A stretch of 64,000 nucleotides of DNA, taken from an uncultured virus (IMG/VR IMGVR_UViG_3300027374_000004) (lineage: Duplodnaviria; Heunggongvirae; Uroviricota; Caudoviricetes). The stretch lies in the IMG/VR virus record IMGVR_UViG_3300027374_000004; one strand, given 5' to 3'. The translations under genes were made by a program, and so were the position numbers. The notes beneath the pieces were generated by a model. That model was not told the DNA's origin. It worked only from the letters and a program-made list of their open reading frames with translations, and did not search any database. Positions within the stretch are counted from its first letter, which is position 1. Each line of letters begins with the position of its first letter. Below are positions 15,584-25,884 of the stretch, piece after piece.

Positions 15584-16675
15584 CTATTCGAATTTGTTAT
15601 TAATAAAAGTATTGTCTCTGCCACCTTCTACAGTATAGTTTTTGTCCAGAATATAGTTATCCGCTACAAAGCCATACCGCAGGTTGGTACAATAGATTGA
15701 GTGTGCTGACGCATCCCACGAAGATGTAAAAAAAGTATTGCCGATGATGCTTATGCGAGTGCTGCTTGATACTGTCAATGCGTTCCCGGTTGAACCAGTC
15801 GTAATTTCTCCGCTGCTGTTAAACACGGACGGAAGAGAATAATTTCCGATAATCTGCAGCCTATTGCAGCCGCTAAAATACATCGGGCAAAATCGATTGT
15901 CCTCACTGGCCTGTTTCGGGAAAATGAAATTATTCGCAAAAACGGAATCACTCGTGCTAAAGGCCTGCATTGCCATCGAACTGCCTGAACAAATTATATT
16001 GTTTTGGAAGAATACAAATTTTGAATTTGGCTCGCAATAAATACCGTATCCGCCATCAATATAATTGTCATGTATATGTGTAACCTTTGGAGACACAGTT
16101 CCCCTGGTATAGATAGCAAAACGAGTATTAAACATGCGAATTTTGCAATTTTTTATAGTGGTAAAGTCGCTCGAAACGATTTCTATTCCGTGCGCATTGT
16201 CTCCCCCGCTTATCCCCAAATCACAAACAATTCCGCCAATATTACAAACTACCATTGCTACAGCCGAAGGAAATGAGCTGGTAGCAGCTAGTATTGTGGA
16301 GTCTCTACCATTTCCCCTCAACATTATGCCATGATCGCTTAGGCCAATAGATCCGGACAGATTATATGTGCCGCTTAGTAGTCTAACTTCTCCGCCGCCA
16401 GTACCAAGAGCATTTATTGCCGCCTGAATCTCCACCTGGTCATCCACACCATCGCACAGATAATCGCAATCCGCAGCCATCCACCCTGCGGTGCTGGTGC
16501 CGACTACCTTACGGCAGGTGCGCTTCCCTCCTCCTACAGCGCCAGCCGGCACCCGCATAAGCTCATCACCCTCAACACCCAGCAGGAAGTCCGAGCCCTC
16601 CGGGATCGCTTTTTCATAGGCCCCCAGCAGGTCGAACTTGTCCAGGCCGGGTACATTGATACTTCCGTATGCCAT
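15584..16675 (-). CDS. Tail spike/receptor-binding protein, right-handed beta-helix
   Basis: GTSTAGW...DCDYLCDGVDDQVEIQAAI cap; repeated I.GN motifs. Confidence 0.8.
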   Translation of the reverse strand: MAYGSINVPGLDKFDLLGAYEKAIPEGSDFLLGVEGDELMRVPAGAVGGGKRTCRKVVGTSTAGWMAADCDYLCDGVDDQVEIQAAINALGTGGGEVRLLSGTYNLSGSIGLSDHGIMLRGNGRDSTILAATSSFPSAVAMVVCNIGGIVCDLGISGGDNAHGIEIVSSDFTTIKNCKIRMFNTRFAIYTRGTVSPKVTHIHDNYIDGGYGIYCEPNSKFVFFQNNIICSGSSMAMQAFSTSDSVFANNFIFPKQASEDNRFCPMYFSGCNRLQIIGNYSLPSVFNSSGEITTGSTGNALTVSSSTRISIIGNTFFTSSWDASAHSIYCTNLRYGFVADNYILDKNYTVEGGRDNTFINNKFE

Positions 16676-16730
16676 TTTTTCAGTCCTCCTATGGATTGTT
16701 ATTTTTTCGGGCGGCAAACCTGATAGAGCC

Positions 16731-17738
16731 TTACTTCAATGTGTTTTCCAGCATTTCCGGGACTTCTTCATCTGTTGCGGCCATGCTCCCTGTATTGGCG
16801 GAAATCGTACCATCTACGGAAATGTCCACGTCAGAACCGATCTTCATCCCGCCCATCCGGGTACAGGTGTCGACCGTCAGGACATAATCACTGCCGCCGG
16901 ACGATTCGCCGGAACCATGCGCAGCGCCCTCAGACAGCAGCGTGACGGTGGCGATCATATCCGCCGCGGGAATTTTCTTTGCCCATAGCTTGATTGCCCT
17001 GTCCTGCACTTCCACGCTGGAGCAGAGGCCGACGGCTCTTGCCGTCTCTAGGGAACCGGGCTTCAGGGAGACGACCGGAGACATCTGAGCAGCTGCTGTT
17101 TCTACCGGGACGGTGGTGGCATAGGGATAGGAGCTCATTGTGGTATCCGCTTCCCAGCCTTCTGCCGGGATAACGATGTCCGTAATAACCACGCCGGGCA
17201 ATGCACGGGAAATTGCAGCAACAGCTTCTCGCATGCCGGCATGAGCATTCGGGTCATTGTCATGTTCAAAGATCGTTTCTTGCAATGTCTCCGCAGAGAC
17301 GTAAGCGGTTCCGTCAACAGTGACCGATATATTGGCTGACTGGCTATACTCAATCAGGGCATAGAATTCCATAAGAAATTCCGGGATATCGGTTTCCGAT
17401 GGGATATCCACTCCCTTGCTGTCCTGAAGGATAGCAAACAGTTTTTCTTCTCCACCTTCCAAATGCGCCCATACGCCCACTTGATTCAGGGTGTATCCCT
17501 GTTCCAGTCCAAAGCTGGTAATCTGGATTTTAAGCTTTTTCCCGGCTTCCGCATTGATCAGCGCCACCAAAGACAGTGCCTGCTTCTCGTTCGCCAGACC
17601 GGTCTGCATCATAAGAGATGCCGGAGGCACAATGCCGGATCCCCCGGAAGCACCGGAGATAATCAGGCGTTTTCCCGCAATAGATTCTGCCAAAAGAGCC
17701 AGACCCGCGTTTGTAATTGCAACGTCACCCCATGTCAT
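16731..17738 (-). CDS. Tail fibre protein (collar N-terminus)
   Basis: ITNAGLALLA N-terminus, H..DPNAH motif; follows gpI with ATGA overlap. Confidence 0.8.
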   Translation of the reverse strand: MTWGDVAITNAGLALLAESIAGKRLIISGASGGSGIVPPASLMMQTGLANEKQALSLVALINAEAGKKLKIQITSFGLEQGYTLNQVGVWAHLEGGEEKLFAILQDSKGVDIPSETDIPEFLMEFYALIEYSQSANISVTVDGTAYVSAETLQETIFEHDNDPNAHAGMREAVAAISRALPGVVITDIVIPAEGWEADTTMSSYPYATTVPVETAAAQMSPVVSLKPGSLETARAVGLCSSVEVQDRAIKLWAKKIPAADMIATVTLLSEGAAHGSGESSGGSDYVLTVDTCTRMGGMKIGSDVDISVDGTISANTGSMAATDEEVPEMLENTLK

Positions 17739-18358
17739 TTTGCATTCGCCTCCCTCTGTGTACTCAGCGGCATACCATAGGCATGCAGGGTAGTTCCTAT
17801 CTTCATGCGTGTGCAAAGGGCAGCGGCTCCAATCCGTGCCTTTACCGCCCCTTGCGCATTGACAATGTACTCTACACCGTCAAGGTGAGAACGCAGATTT
17901 TTGTAATACTGAACCCTATCCAGCACACGGTTATGCTTTTCTGGCGCAACTCCCTCATAAGTCGCATCTAAAATCAGTTTGAAATGGTAAGGATCCCCGC
18001 CATACTCCCACCATTCTTTGACAACGGTTTCTGCGTATATGGCGGAGATTGCTGTTTCCACAGCATATTTGGTTCCCAGCTTCCGATGTACATTCCAGCT
18101 TGCCTTGATCGTTCGCCTTTTCTCTTCCAGGGTATAGCCGTAGTCATACCAGTCCACCTTGAAATCATAAGCGATAGCGTCCAGCACCGATTCAGGAAGA
18201 ATATCGATATTGGCATAGATAACGTCAAGCTGGGTCTGCCTAGCAGTGACACTCAATTCATTGGCAATTACCTGAGCCAAGGCAACGAGCGTTTCATCAT
18301 GCTGCAGAACGGGAGGAAAAGATTGCAGGAAATCCGCCTGATAGACGTTTTCAGTCAT
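17735..18358 (-). CDS. Tail protein I (P2 gpI-like)
   Basis: LD.IAYDFKVDWYD, H...GT..AV and EWWEYGG.PYHF motifs. Confidence 0.9.
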   Translation of the reverse strand: MTENVYQADFLQSFPPVLQHDETLVALAQVIANELSVTARQTQLDVIYANIDILPESVLDAIAYDFKVDWYDYGYTLEEKRRTIKASWNVHRKLGTKYAVETAISAIYAETVVKEWWEYGGDPYHFKLILDATYEGVAPEKHNRVLDRVQYYKNLRSHLDGVEYIVNAQGAVKARIGAAALCTRMKIGTTLHAYGMPLSTQREANAK

Positions 18359-19478
18359 CTTCATATCCCCCGTTCTGTATGGATTCTTCCGATGATGCCA
18401 CTGCAACCTGAACAGCAGTGTTGTTTCGGCCATCGCCGACAAGAACAAATGCCGGCTCTCTGATTTCAGCCCGCTTTACGCCGGCCTGCTTCAGCAAATA
18501 TAAAAGCTGGTCAGGATTGATATCCCGCCCCAGCTTCTCGCTTTGCCACGCTTTGTATTTATCGACTGCATCTATTACTGCAGCCGCTACGCTCTCCGCA
18601 TTTGCATCAGCGGGAACGTAATAGGTCAGGTCTATGCTGTACTCAATGGTCTCAGGCGCCAAAACCGTTACGTGATCCGTAAGCGGGCGCACCGAATCAT
18701 CATTGAGCGCCGCAAGCACGGTAGAAAGCATTTCTTCATTCGGGAGCTCGCCGCCTTCCAGCAGGAGATAAACATCGACACAACCCGGTGTAGGAGAAAT
18801 AGCTTTTACATCGGCAATGGCACTGCTTACCGATTTTGTGAAATACTCATACCCGCCTACAGGGCCGGCAGTGGAATAAGTATCTTCACTTGCCCGCATG
18901 CGCTGGTACAAGCTTTCATCGCTTTCCTCCGAAGCTCCGCCCTGGCTTGCAGTGAGGTTTTCGCAATGGTCATAATAGGGAAAGCCGTCCACCAACTGGG
19001 TGAGCTGTCCGGGCAAGATTCCGTTCCCGATTTCTCCTGCTTCCTGGCACATTGCCGTAACGTCAACAAATGAGGATCCTGCCGGCACATAAGCTGTCGT
19101 ATCCGTTTCAAACACCAGACCATTGGATGTGGTTATGCGGGTTCCTTCAGGTATCAGCTGCGCATTTTCCAGAGCTGTACTGAAATGGAACCGCATGACG
19201 GTTGTGGCTGACGTCTCCGGCAGACGAGAAACATTATGGAACAGTTCGGCCTGTGCATCAAGCTTTTCTCCCTTGGCAAATTTGGGGATATTCTGCCGAG
19301 CCGATTCATTGATTAGCACCCGTAATTGAACAATAATTTGTGCCGCCCAGAGCAAAAACAGTCTTTCAGGATCCGAAGGGAATAAAGTTCTACCGACTAT
19401 TTTTTCAAAAGCAACTATTAAGGCTTTTTTTACAGTCTCGGTATCGGTATCAACGAACTGTAACTCAGAATTACTCAT
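18351..19478 (-). CDS. Baseplate J/gp47 protein
   Basis: GG...ESDE.L..R, STAGP..GYEY and VRPLTD.V motifs. Confidence 0.93.
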   Translation of the reverse strand: MSNSELQFVDTDTETVKKALIVAFEKIVGRTLFPSDPERLFLLWAAQIIVQLRVLINESARQNIPKFAKGEKLDAQAELFHNVSRLPETSATTVMRFHFSTALENAQLIPEGTRITTSNGLVFETDTTAYVPAGSSFVDVTAMCQEAGEIGNGILPGQLTQLVDGFPYYDHCENLTASQGGASEESDESLYQRMRASEDTYSTAGPVGGYEYFTKSVSSAIADVKAISPTPGCVDVYLLLEGGELPNEEMLSTVLAALNDDSVRPLTDHVTVLAPETIEYSIDLTYYVPADANAESVAAAVIDAVDKYKAWQSEKLGRDINPDQLLYLLKQAGVKRAEIREPAFVLVGDGRNNTAVQVAVASSEESIQNGGYEDD

Positions 19479-19800
19479 TATTTATTTCCACCTCCACCAC
19501 AGGAATCATTCGTCCCGGATTGTTACTATCAAACTCAAAGGTTGTATTTACCACCGTAACCCTCGGCTCATACATGGGAATAACCTCATTCACTTCTGCC
19601 ACGAGAATTGCTTCCGCAACCGGAGCAGGCTTATCCAAAAACGCCATTGGAAGTCCCAGGTCTCGATCCAATGGCACACTTCCTTTGGGAGTAGATAGCA
19701 ACACCGCAATGTTTTGCAAAATCTCTTCGATCTCTGTTTCTGGAGATAGATTGATCTTGCTAATAACATTTCCTTTCACAACAAAGCTCACACACATCAC
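19471..19800 (-). CDS. Baseplate wedge gpW/gp25 family
   Basis: L.TPKGSVPLDRD.G and YEPRV motifs. Confidence 0.9.
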   Translation of the reverse strand: MMCVSFVVKGNVISKINLSPETEIEEILQNIAVLLSTPKGSVPLDRDLGLPMAFLDKPAPVAEAILVAEVNEVIPMYEPRVTVVNTTFEFDSNNPGRMIPVVEVEINNE

Positions 19801-20201
19801 CGCCCAGAGTAAGATTTCAGGGTAACAGATGCCGTAGAAACCACCAAATTGCCATTGTTATCGAACCACTGTAGTCTCTGCTTTACGTTATCGATCACCC
19901 ATCTGTAAGTACCATACCCTTTCCCGCCAATGCAAAACAATAGCTTTTCACCTTTACGGGTAGCATACAGCAGTTCTTTGACTTGATTCATGGGTTTCAC
20001 TCCGAGAAACGCCGAAAAATACAAATCAAATGTGATAGTTTCAACCTCATTTCCTGTAAATTCCAAAAGCACAGAACCCAAATGCCGCTTATGCTCTCCG
20101 AACCGGGAAGAACATGTCCATTTTATATTGTCGAGCGTGTTTACAGTATCTTGTGAAACCGAAAAAATGATTTTGTCCCCTAATGATCCCATAATAGGCA
20201 T
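19797..20201 (-). CDS. Tail protein (P2 gpU-like)
   Basis: MGSLG.IIF.VS, LEFTG and V.LK.Y motifs. Confidence 0.85.
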   Translation of the reverse strand: MPIMGSLGDKIIFSVSQDTVNTLDNIKWTCSSRFGEHKRHLGSVLLEFTGNEVETITFDLYFSAFLGVKPMNQVKELLYATRKGEKLLFCIGGKGYGTYRWVIDNVKQRLQWFDNNGNLVVSTASVTLKSYSGR

Positions 20202-20447
20202 TTACAGCCCTCCTAAAATATATCCATCTGCATCTTCCATGGGAAGATACAGGCAAAGAACCATTTGTCCAATGCAGGGATACCAATCTGTTTTCATCTG
20301 ATCGGCAGACTCTACCGGACGCCGGAGAATAATTAGGTCCCCGGACAGCATGTTTTCCATATCCGGGTAGAACACTCTGGCAGTATTGCCACTAAGTGAG
20401 CTAATCCGGCCTATACGCACCATACCCTTAGGATCTGTTTGCATCAA
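20202..20447 (-). CDS. Short baseplate spike (gpV-like OB fold)
   Basis: VRIG.ISS, W.P.IG..VLCLYLP and DGYILG motifs. Confidence 0.75.
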   Translation of the reverse strand: MMQTDPKGMVRIGRISSLSGNTARVFYPDMENMLSGDLIILRRPVESADQMKTDWYPCIGQMVLCLYLPMEDADGYILGGL

Positions 20448-22003
20448 TATCCCTCCAACACTTTTCGGAGTTTTACGGTTGTGGTATATCCGCTACCACC
20501 AACGCTGTGCTTTGCTTGGCTTATGATATATTTTCCAGAGTACAGACCCCAGTCCTTCAGATTAACCGTAACACCGGCAACCAGGGCGGAATCTCCCGGA
20601 AAGGTGAAATCAGCGGTATACTCATACTTATTCTTCAACCTCAGCATTTTCTGAGCAAGAACCTTTGCTTCTGCCGCAGAGTTTACTTTGCGGCGGATCT
20701 CCAAAACCTGACCATCTTTACTACTGGCTTTTTCTTCCGTTTCCGGAGTATAGGTATACTCAATCGTTTTTCCGGAATATGGATCAGTATACTTTACATG
20801 ACACGCAGAATACTGTGTATCATTTTTTCCGGTTCTAAATTTGTACTTGATATACTCTCCAGTAGCGCCCCTTGAAACGGTTTTTACCGGGTCCTTTGCT
20901 TCGTATGCCGATTGATCGAAAAGAATCAGAATATTTGCAGATGCTTTCAGGGATATTCCATATTTCTCACACAGTCCCTTGAGAACAGCAATATCTGATT
21001 GTTCTACCTGTTCAGCTCGAAGTATCTCAGGGTCAAATTCGGATTCATACAGGCAAGCCATTCCATTTTTTTGAGCGATTTCCGCCGCTATTCCGGATAG
21101 CTTATAGTTCTCCCAAGCTCTGCTTTTGCGCACTTGACGCACAGACGACTTGAACGGGAGAGCAGTTGCTTTGAAAACTACTGTGGCCGGTGGACCTGAA
21201 TAGTCTATGCTATCAAGCTCAAAGGCGCCGCAGTCCAATACCGAATCTTTACCGTCATCCTGCCAGTTCTCCCTAACGATTGACGCTTGTACATGCAACC
21301 CCTTTATGCTTTTTTCTGTAAATCCAGATTGCTGAGTTGCAGCAATACCCGCTTTTTGTACCTGAGATACGGCAAACCACCCCAGTTGTCCCACATGGAT
21401 AGGGTAAGGTATATCGTTTCCGAGATTAAGGTGAGTAATTGTACCATGGAAGTTTGCAACTGATGATCCCGGATTACCGCTTCCATAACTGGAATACTGT
21501 GGTCTGCCGTTCACGACAACCGCATCGCCTACACTCCAATTATTAGTGCCAGGCATTGACTCGGTGGCTCTCCGGAGATAGCTTTCCATCACATATGACT
21601 GCTTCCCGGAGTATGTGATAGTTGCCCAGCCGTCTTTGATGGACTGTACGTCCACCAAAGACCCATAAGGCAAAACCCCATATTTGCTATAGCTATCTCC
21701 AGGGCCACTTCGGACATTTAGGCCGCTGTTAGCTACGACTTTATAGGCAGTTCCTAAAGATTCCCGTTGCACCGCTACTTCTGCGGGAGCAGCTGCAGCA
21801 GCAGTTTGCACCACAGTGTCCAACCACTTTTCTACCCAGGTGCCGTCACGGTCATCTATTTTGATTTGCAGATCGTCAGCTTCGTCCGATTCATTATCCG
21901 TGTAGGACAAGTCGATCAAACACCGATTGATCTCTTTGGTGATATCTACTCCGCCGAACACCACCGCAACTTTTGTCCGGCGAGCAAGATTCTGACTGCT
22001 CAT
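20444..22003 (-). CDS. Late control D/baseplate hub with inserted SH3-like domains
   Basis: SYTD....ADDL.I, G.FELD and I....H.VG..GYTT motifs; internal LNVRSGPG SH3b motif. Confidence 0.9.
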   Translation of the reverse strand: MSSQNLARRTKVAVVFGGVDITKEINRCLIDLSYTDNESDEADDLQIKIDDRDGTWVEKWLDTVVQTAAAAAPAEVAVQRESLGTAYKVVANSGLNVRSGPGDSYSKYGVLPYGSLVDVQSIKDGWATITYSGKQSYVMESYLRRATESMPGTNNWSVGDAVVVNGRPQYSSYGSGNPGSSVANFHGTITHLNLGNDIPYPIHVGQLGWFAVSQVQKAGIAATQQSGFTEKSIKGLHVQASIVRENWQDDGKDSVLDCGAFELDSIDYSGPPATVVFKATALPFKSSVRQVRKSRAWENYKLSGIAAEIAQKNGMACLYESEFDPEILRAEQVEQSDIAVLKGLCEKYGISLKASANILILFDQSAYEAKDPVKTVSRGATGEYIKYKFRTGKNDTQYSACHVKYTDPYSGKTIEYTYTPETEEKASSKDGQVLEIRRKVNSAAEAKVLAQKMLRLKNKYEYTADFTFPGDSALVAGVTVNLKDWGLYSGKYIISQAKHSVGGSGYTTTVKLRKVLEGY

Positions 22004-22212
22004 CCTTTCGCCTTCTTCCAAGGGGGGAATACATCTTCTAAGTCATCTACGGAAAAATCTGGAATAAGAATTCTGATACCGGCAGGAAACGCGAAAACCT
22101 CCCGGTATGTCGCATTTGCAGCTATCAGCTTATCTGTACAAGCAGTAGATCCCGTAGCTTTATAAGCGATCGTGTCCCACATATCACCTTGTTTGGTAAC
22201 ATATACGCTCAT
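22000..22212 (-). CDS. Tail protein X
   Basis: Y.T.QGDMWD.IA and PPWK motifs. Confidence 0.9.
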   Translation of the reverse strand: MSVYVTKQGDMWDTIAYKATGSTACTDKLIAANATYREVFAFPAGIRILIPDFSVDDLEDVFPPWKKAKG

Positions 22213-25200
22213 GTAAAGCTGACCCTCCTTGCATCAATTCCGATTTCCTCAAGCTCTTCTCTGATCATCTCTCGCAGGGCCACATCGTGCTGTTGCAGCT
22301 GCTCTTCAATTTCCTGGCTATTTTCTCTGGTAGTCTCAATGTGATAGGTGGGCTGGATATTGATGGTCACTCCACCACCAACCGAAGGAGTAGCAGACAC
22401 TATAGGTGTCTCTGAGGATCGCATAGATTGTAGGTAGGCCATAACCTGCGGCGCCAGCATTGCCACGGATACATCATCTTCGGGTACATATTCCTGCATA
22501 GCCTTTCGATTCTTCAACGCCTCAGTCTCCGTTGCCGTCATTACCCGTTCGCCGCCATTAAAGAAAACCAGCTCCGGACCTTCCTCGCCCACAAGAGCGA
22601 TACCTGATTCTGCGCTTTGGGTTCCTGATGCGTACTTTCGAGGAGGCGTTGTTCCAGATCCGCTACCTATTGCGTTGCTGGCTGCATTGGCAATATTTGC
22701 ATACGCCTGAGACACTCGACTGAGGATTTTGGGATCCTGGGCAGCAGAAATGAATCCCTCAATGGTGTTGTAACCGCTTTCTGCTGCTTCTGCGTTCAAG
22801 TCCATTTCACTGATCGTGGTTTCAAGCTCGGATTGCAATGCGTCCATAGACTCACTGAAATCAGTCTGCATTTCGGCAACAGTCGTGGCAAATTTGTCTT
22901 TTCCCTCTTCCACCTTGCCAAACGCAGCGTTCAGTTCCTCGATTTTACCGCTTCCATTATTAACGATTTCCTGCAAATAAGCAGCGCTTTCCACACTGCC
23001 GTCGGACAACTGAGCAATAAGACCTTCGGAAAGCCCCATTGCAGCAGCTTTTTGCAGATTCTCGGAATAAGTCGCCATATACGATGCCTGGGATTCCAAC
23101 GATGAAATCATACCAGACACCGATTTTTCCACTTCTACAGCTACTTTGTCAAACAAACCGAATGATCCACTGATACCAGAATAGGCAGATTCATACGCTT
23201 CCTGATATGCCTCTGCCAACTCCTGAGCTTTTTCAATAGCTGGATTCAAAGCTTCTGCCAATTCTAAGGAAGGAGCTTCTGCTTCGGCAGATGCTTGGGA
23301 GTATTCTGCTATTTCTTGACTGAGCTCTTCTATTTGCTGAGTATTACTTTTCTCGGCGGTGGTTGCTTCTTCACTGGCTGTTTTGGCCTGATCCAATGCA
23401 GCTTGGGCATCCTCTACTGCTTGAGCATACTGACGAGTAGCCTTTACTTGTTCTACATCATATGGATTGTAGTTATCACCACGGGCATTTTTCAAAGCTG
23501 CTTTTGCGTTGTCAAGCTCTTTCTGCCTTGCTTTCAGTTCAGCCTCAGCTTTTGCAGCAGTAGCCTCTAGCTCGCTGCGCTGTGCCAGAGCTTCTTGCAG
23601 ACGCGTATAGTCTGCTTCATTTTTCTTTCTCTCTGCTTCGGCCGCTGCAACGTTTCTGATGGCTTCTGCGGTTAGGTTCAAACTATCTGCTTCAGCATTG
23701 TATGACAGACCAAGATTTGGTACCGATTCATTGAGCATATCTACAACAGTGAGAATTTCCTGTTTTGCGGCAACGCTCTTCCGCTCCACAGAAATTAACC
23801 CCTGCAATCTGGAAATCAAATTTAGATTACTCTCAGATTCCTTATCAATTTCCTCAATGGTTTTTTGATACGCTTCTACAGATTCCTGATATGCCCCTAA
23901 TACAGCTTCCTGTTCTGCAGCCAATTCTCCGACTGTCTGCTTGTTTTCCTCGTATGACTCTGTCAGTTCGTCAATTTCCCGCTTCAGAAGCTGTGCTTCT
24001 ACACTGGTTTCCTGATGTAGATTGCACATCTCTTCATACCTGACATTTAATTCTTGTAATTCGTTATACTGCTCTCTCGATGTAGCTGTTAATTCTTCCT
24101 GATCATTTTTTGCTTCCGACAACATGATTCCCAGGGCTGCTGCTGCAGTAGTGAGACCTATAAAGGCTCCTATCAAAGCAATAGCGGGATTAGATATCAT
24201 GCTGGCGTTTAGGGCGTTTTGGATTGCAGTGGCAGCCTTGGCTACAAGGATATATGCTGCTAACGCAGCAGCTACAGAGCCAGTGCCTATGGCCAGAGCA
24301 GTAATCACTTTGATCACTGCGGGATTTGCTTGCAAAAAGGCGTTAATTTGAGAGAGCACAGCTGCTCCGGTTCCGTATAGTTCCTGTAATGTGGGAGTAA
24401 ACTGCTCTCCAACGGTGGTCTGTACCGCTTCCCATGCCGAATTGAGCAAAGTAAGCTGACCGTTCATGTTGTCGAGCTTCACATTTGACATGTGCTCGGC
24501 GGCGCCGCTGCAATTATTGATACTGTCCGTCAGCTTGGAATAGTCCGCATCTGTCGCATTCAGAATTGATAACAGTCCGGCATATCCACGCTGCCCAGCA
24601 ATCGCCATGGCGTTGTTTGTGCGTTCCGCAGCTGTCATCTGCTCAAAATATCCGCGCAGGGTATCAATCGTGGATCCCCAGCTCATCATCGTGCCGTCTG
24701 CCTGCACTGCGGAGAATTCAACCTCTCCAATAGCTGCACCAGTAAGCCTGACACCTTCCAGGAGGCCATTAAACGTGTTGCGCAACGCCGTGCCAGCATT
24801 GCTGCCTTTAATACCGGCGTTCGCCATAAGGCCCAACGCCACAGAGATGTCTTCGATGGAATAGCCTAAGGCTCCCGCTACCGGCGCCGCATACTTGAAA
24901 GACTCTCCCATTACGGACACACTGGTATTGGCATTGGTGGCAGTAGCAGCCAGGACGTCCGCATAACGGTTTGTATCTGCCGCTGTGAGACCAAATGCGG
25001 TCATGGAATCGGTAACAATATCCGAAACACGGGCAAGGTCCTCACCGGACGCCGCTGCCAGTTTCAACACGCCGGGCATACCTGCAAGCATCTGCTGGGT
25101 ATCCCAGCCAGCCATCGCCATGTAACCCATGGCATCGGCGCTCTCTTTGGCTGTAAACTTGGTTGTTGCGCCAAGCTCTTTTGCCATGGCGGATAGTTCA

Positions 25201-25880
25201 GCTATATCTTCTGAATTGGCTCCAGAAAGGGCCTCAACATTGGACATGGATTCTTCAAAATCCCCAGCAACGGAGACACATTCCTGATACCCTGCGGCAA
25301 TCTCTTTGAGAGCGACGACAATTCCTGCAGCTGCCAAGGCAGATTCCACGGACTGTACTGCATCTACAGACTTAGAGCCAAAGGCATCGGCGCTTTCTCC
25401 GCCATCTCTGAATCCCTCTGCTACTCGCATTTGCTCCTGCTGCAGCTGAGCATATTCAGCTTCCAGTCGCTGACTTTCTCCCGTGAGATTTTCGGTATTT
25501 ACACCGGCCTTTTGCAGGGAGGCGCCAAGCTGATCCAGCTTGTCTTCCTGCCGTGCAATGGATTCGGTGGTCTTCTCAATCTGCTTTTGCTTGGAAAGTA
25601 GTTGATTTTCAAGAGACGCAGAGAACCCTTCTGTTTCGGAAATCTCCCTTTGGATATTGTCATACTGCTGCTGTAGCAGCTGGAGTTTATTCCTTGTGTT
25701 TTCAAGGGCGGTTTGCTGCTTTTGGTAAGAAGCGATATCTGACTGAGCCTTATTAAGAGCCTGGAGCCCATTTTGCATTTGGGTAAGGCTGGCTTGAGCT
25801 GATTTAAAAGCACTGCTATAACCGCTATTAACCTGTGCATTGAGCTTAAATAGCATCTCATACTCTTTGCGGCTCGCCAT
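22209..25880 (-). CDS. Tape measure protein (TP901-family core)
   Basis: 1223 aa; LGATTKFTA.ESADAM.YMAMAGW; C-terminal VGE.GPELV. Confidence 0.96.
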   Translation of the reverse strand: MASRKEYEMLFKLNAQVNSGYSSAFKSAQASLTQMQNGLQALNKAQSDIASYQKQQTALENTRNKLQLLQQQYDNIQREISETEGFSASLENQLLSKQKQIEKTTESIARQEDKLDQLGASLQKAGVNTENLTGESQRLEAEYAQLQQEQMRVAEGFRDGGESADAFGSKSVDAVQSVESALAAAGIVVALKEIAAGYQECVSVAGDFEESMSNVEALSGANSEDIAELSAMAKELGATTKFTAKESADAMGYMAMAGWDTQQMLAGMPGVLKLAAASGEDLARVSDIVTDSMTAFGLTAADTNRYADVLAATATNANTSVSVMGESFKYAAPVAGALGYSIEDISVALGLMANAGIKGSNAGTALRNTFNGLLEGVRLTGAAIGEVEFSAVQADGTMMSWGSTIDTLRGYFEQMTAAERTNNAMAIAGQRGYAGLLSILNATDADYSKLTDSINNCSGAAEHMSNVKLDNMNGQLTLLNSAWEAVQTTVGEQFTPTLQELYGTGAAVLSQINAFLQANPAVIKVITALAIGTGSVAAALAAYILVAKAATAIQNALNASMISNPAIALIGAFIGLTTAAAALGIMLSEAKNDQEELTATSREQYNELQELNVRYEEMCNLHQETSVEAQLLKREIDELTESYEENKQTVGELAAEQEAVLGAYQESVEAYQKTIEEIDKESESNLNLISRLQGLISVERKSVAAKQEILTVVDMLNESVPNLGLSYNAEADSLNLTAEAIRNVAAAEAERKKNEADYTRLQEALAQRSELEATAAKAEAELKARQKELDNAKAALKNARGDNYNPYDVEQVKATRQYAQAVEDAQAALDQAKTASEEATTAEKSNTQQIEELSQEIAEYSQASAEAEAPSLELAEALNPAIEKAQELAEAYQEAYESAYSGISGSFGLFDKVAVEVEKSVSGMISSLESQASYMATYSENLQKAAAMGLSEGLIAQLSDGSVESAAYLQEIVNNGSGKIEELNAAFGKVEEGKDKFATTVAEMQTDFSESMDALQSELETTISEMDLNAEAAESGYNTIEGFISAAQDPKILSRVSQAYANIANAASNAIGSGSGTTPPRKYASGTQSAESGIALVGEEGPELVFFNGGERVMTATETEALKNRKAMQEYVPEDDVSVAMLAPQVMAYLQSMRSSETPIVSATPSVGGGVTINIQPTYHIETTRENSQEIEEQLQQHDVALREMIREELEEIGIDARRVSFT

Positions 25881-25884
25881 ATCC

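Noticed and set aside
1..16530. Assembly duplication explaining the repeated lysis/spike block
   Set aside because: The copies have many synonymous substitutions, indels and different holins
13500..17800. Diversity-generating retroelement or invertible tail-fibre cassette
   Set aside because: No reverse transcriptase, no invertase, and no repeat pair differing only at adenines was found; differences between the duplicated blocks are mostly synonymous
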